The notes beneath the pieces are model-generated. The model saw only the letters and a list, made by a program, of their open reading frames with translations. It made no database searches and had not been told where the DNA came from. Below, one piece after another: positions 60,462-64,000 of a DNA stretch of 64,000 nt. The stretch spans positions 89,094,001-89,158,000 of the forward strand of contig OX597814.1 in the NCBI GenBank assembly GCA_951406725.2, read 5' to 3'. Every line of letters begins with the position of its first letter. Positions within the stretch are counted from its first letter, which is position 1. Source of the stretch: Octopus vulgaris (Eukaryota). A program made the position numbers and the translations under genes.

Positions 60462-61934
60462 GTGTTGTGGCATCAAAGAAAACTTCTGGGTTTGTGATTT
60501 GCATGTGCCCCAGAGGGGATGTGAACACACTTTTATACTGTTCCTTTAGTATTTCACTTATCCCTTGGGGGTCCTCAGTTAGAGAGCCCTTTTTATCAAA
60601 GAGTGGGCCAATCTTGCAGTGTACCGAGGTGGTTTCTTTCGCAAATTTAAAGAAGGCTTTAGGGTTTGTTTTAATATTCTCTATGGCCCTGGCTTCTCTC
60701 TCTGCCCTCTCCTTCTCATAGGAAAGTTTGAGTGCAGTTTCCGGTTCAAAAAGTTTCAGGTGGAGTCCCTCATTGTTTCTCTGCCGTGCATTCAGTTGCT
60801 TCGAGAGCTTAGCTCTTCACCTCATAAGTATTTTCCTGTCTCTGGGAATAATGTTCCTATGCCCGCTGGCTTTTTTCTCCGGGACAAACTTATGGCATAT
60901 GTTCTGTATTGTTGTCATGAAATGTTGGAAATGTGTGTTGGTGTCTTCTGTGGTGATGAAGTCACTCCAGTCATGTTTTCGGATCTCTTCGTTGATCTTC
61001 TTCCAGTTTGCCTTATGGAAGTTTAGACTGGATAGGCCTGTCGTATTTTCTAATGGCTGCGTCTCAACTAACTCTCTCATACCATATATCATTACCTCTA
61101 CTAAGTTGTGATCTGAGAGAATTGTTGGTGTTACCATTATGTTGTGGATGAGCATCGGGTTGCTTGTGAAACAGAGGTCCAAGACATTCTCACCTCTTGT
61201 TGGCCAAAGCACTGCTTGCTCCATGAAAAACTTGCGTGTGAGAGCCAACAAGGACTCTGTCTGTCTCTGTTCAAGTGATGTCATTCCAGGGAGGAGATGG
61301 CCATCTGGCCATTTGACTTTCGGAAGGTTAAAATCTCCCAGCAGTAGAATGGTGTTACCCTGGTCCAGTTTGTCCAGGACTTCTTCTATTCTTCTGAGGC
61401 TATCTTCAAACACTCCTTCATGACTAGGGGTGTCTGGTGGCCGATATGTGACACATATTACTATTTTCGGTTGTTTCATGTGTACTATCAGTATGTCACA
61501 GACTGAGTTTGAGTGTGTCAACAGTACTATGGGTGTGACATCTTCACGGACATACAGGGCAACCCCACCATGAGTTCTTTCCTTCCTGTCTGACCGAAAA
61601 ACAGTATACTTTGGTATGTGTATTTCTGCATCTGCTATACTGCTTGACAGGTGCGTTTCAGTCAGCGCTATGCATATTGCATGGTTGCTTGTGCTTAAGT
61701 CCCTAAGGTAAGGAATTTTACTCATATTAGTGGGTTTCACCAGACCTCTGACATTCAGCAGAAGCACTGGTGAGATATTTGGGGTGTCAATAAAGGCTGT
61801 CGGTGTGGCACCTGGGCTGGTGTCAGCGGTGGCCACCCTGGGTCCCTTGATTGTGGTGGTCTTGAGTGCTGTTGTGAGTGCCCCTGGCTCTGAAGACGAT
61901 GTATCCAGGCCAATTGTCCCACAATTTTCTCTGC
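60462..61934 (-). mobile_element. CR1-clade LINE, 5'-truncated, APE endonuclease region of ORF2
   Basis: [70 protein letters not shown]; one in-frame TGA at 60817-60819; runs into the gap. Confidence 0.92.
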
Positions 61935-61935
61935 C

Positions 61936-62913
<978 letters not shown>

Positions 62914-64000
62914 AGTGGCGACCCTGAAAAGCCATGGCTTTATGAGGACGTTGGCGCAGGTAGAGAGGAAGAAAAGAGAAGTTGAAAGGGCCTACACTCT
63001 CATTGCACCACACATGGCTTTGCTAAGCCAAGTCCTCAAGGTGGATAAAGACAAAGAGAGAGAGATGGAAACAGGAAACACCAACCACAGAGTGTCAAAA
63101 AATGACACACCCACAGCCACAGTCGAAGAAGGCAAGCAGGGCAAACAACAGATAGGCGGCGATGGGGAAACAGAAAATAACCAGCCGGATGAAAAGACCT
63201 ATGCAGAAAGGAACCAGTGGACAACCGTCCAACGGAGGAAGAAAAACAGAGAGGAACTGGGGACAAGAAAACCCAGATAACATGCAAATTCTTCCGGAAT
63301 GGAACCTGCTGGCATGGAGAAACAGGGGAAGGATGCAGGTTCGCTCATCCCAGGCCCTATGGAAATTGCATCAAACCCACTCGACCAAAATGCCTTAACC
63401 AAAACCAAGACCGAAACCAAAACCAGAACAAATTCAAGCTGCCCCAGAAATATGCAGACATAGTGCGGAATGCCCCAACAAGGAGAAGGCGCACATTTGC
63501 AGAGGAAATGCAGACGGCGGCAGCAGAACAAAGAAATTTTGTGGAAATAGCAGAGAAAATTGTGGGACAACTGGCCTGGATACATCGTCTTCAGAGCCAG
63601 GGGCACTCACAACAGCACTCAAGACCACCACAATCAAGGGACCCAGGGTGGCCACCGCTGACACCAGCCCAGGTGCCACACCGACAGCCTTTATTGACAC
63701 CCCAAATATCTCACCAGTGCTTCTGCTGAATGTCAGAGGTCTGGTGAAACCCACTAATATGAGTAAAATTCCTTACCTTAGGGACTTAAGCACAAGCAAC
63801 CATGCAATATGCATAGCGCTGACTGAAACGCACCTGTCAAGCAGTATAGCAGATGCAGAAATACACATACCAAAGTATACTGTTTTTCGGTCAGACAGGA
63901 AGGAAAGAACTCATGGTGGGGTTGCCCTGTACGTCCGTGAATATGTCACACCCATAGTACTGTTGACACACTCAAACTCAGTCTGTGACACACTGATAGT
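62914..64000 (+). mobile_element. CR1-clade LINE, ORF1 (CCCH finger) and start of ORF2, same family
   Basis: ORF1 CKFFRNGTCWHGETGEGCRFAH (C-x7-C-x8-C-x3-H); 63550-64000 is near-identical to the reverse complement of ~61485-61934. Confidence 0.9.

Overview
AT-rich, repeat-dense animal genomic DNA. The SINE/LINE repertoire suggests a cephalopod, probably Octopus (inference). The + strand carries 36 GT-AG coding exons (28-47736, 5304 nt, all splice phases compatible) of a full-length-type ABCA lipid transporter whose 5' end lies upstream of the window. The - strand carries the last coding exon (58119-58274) of a convergent ECI2-like peroxisomal enoyl-CoA isomerase. Introns and the intergenic region contain tRNA-head SINEs, RTE, CR1 and R4/Dong LINE pieces, mariner/maT/hAT/piggyBac remnants and MITEs, two Helitrons, a solo LTR, long fold-back hairpins, microsatellites and a 100-N gap. 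The most notable signals are: (1) a full-length U6 snRNA fused to the head of a tRNA-SINE inside one target-site duplication, with the same junction recurring 20 kb away; (2) Penelope-type minimal hammerhead ribozyme motifs, one with a G3-C8 core swap; (3) two near-identical CR1 copies head-to-head across a ~1-kb (TA)n array, with ORF2 overlapping ORF1 in the -1 frame behind an in-phase A_AAU_UUU slippery site. All calls are by-eye and TE boundaries are approximate.
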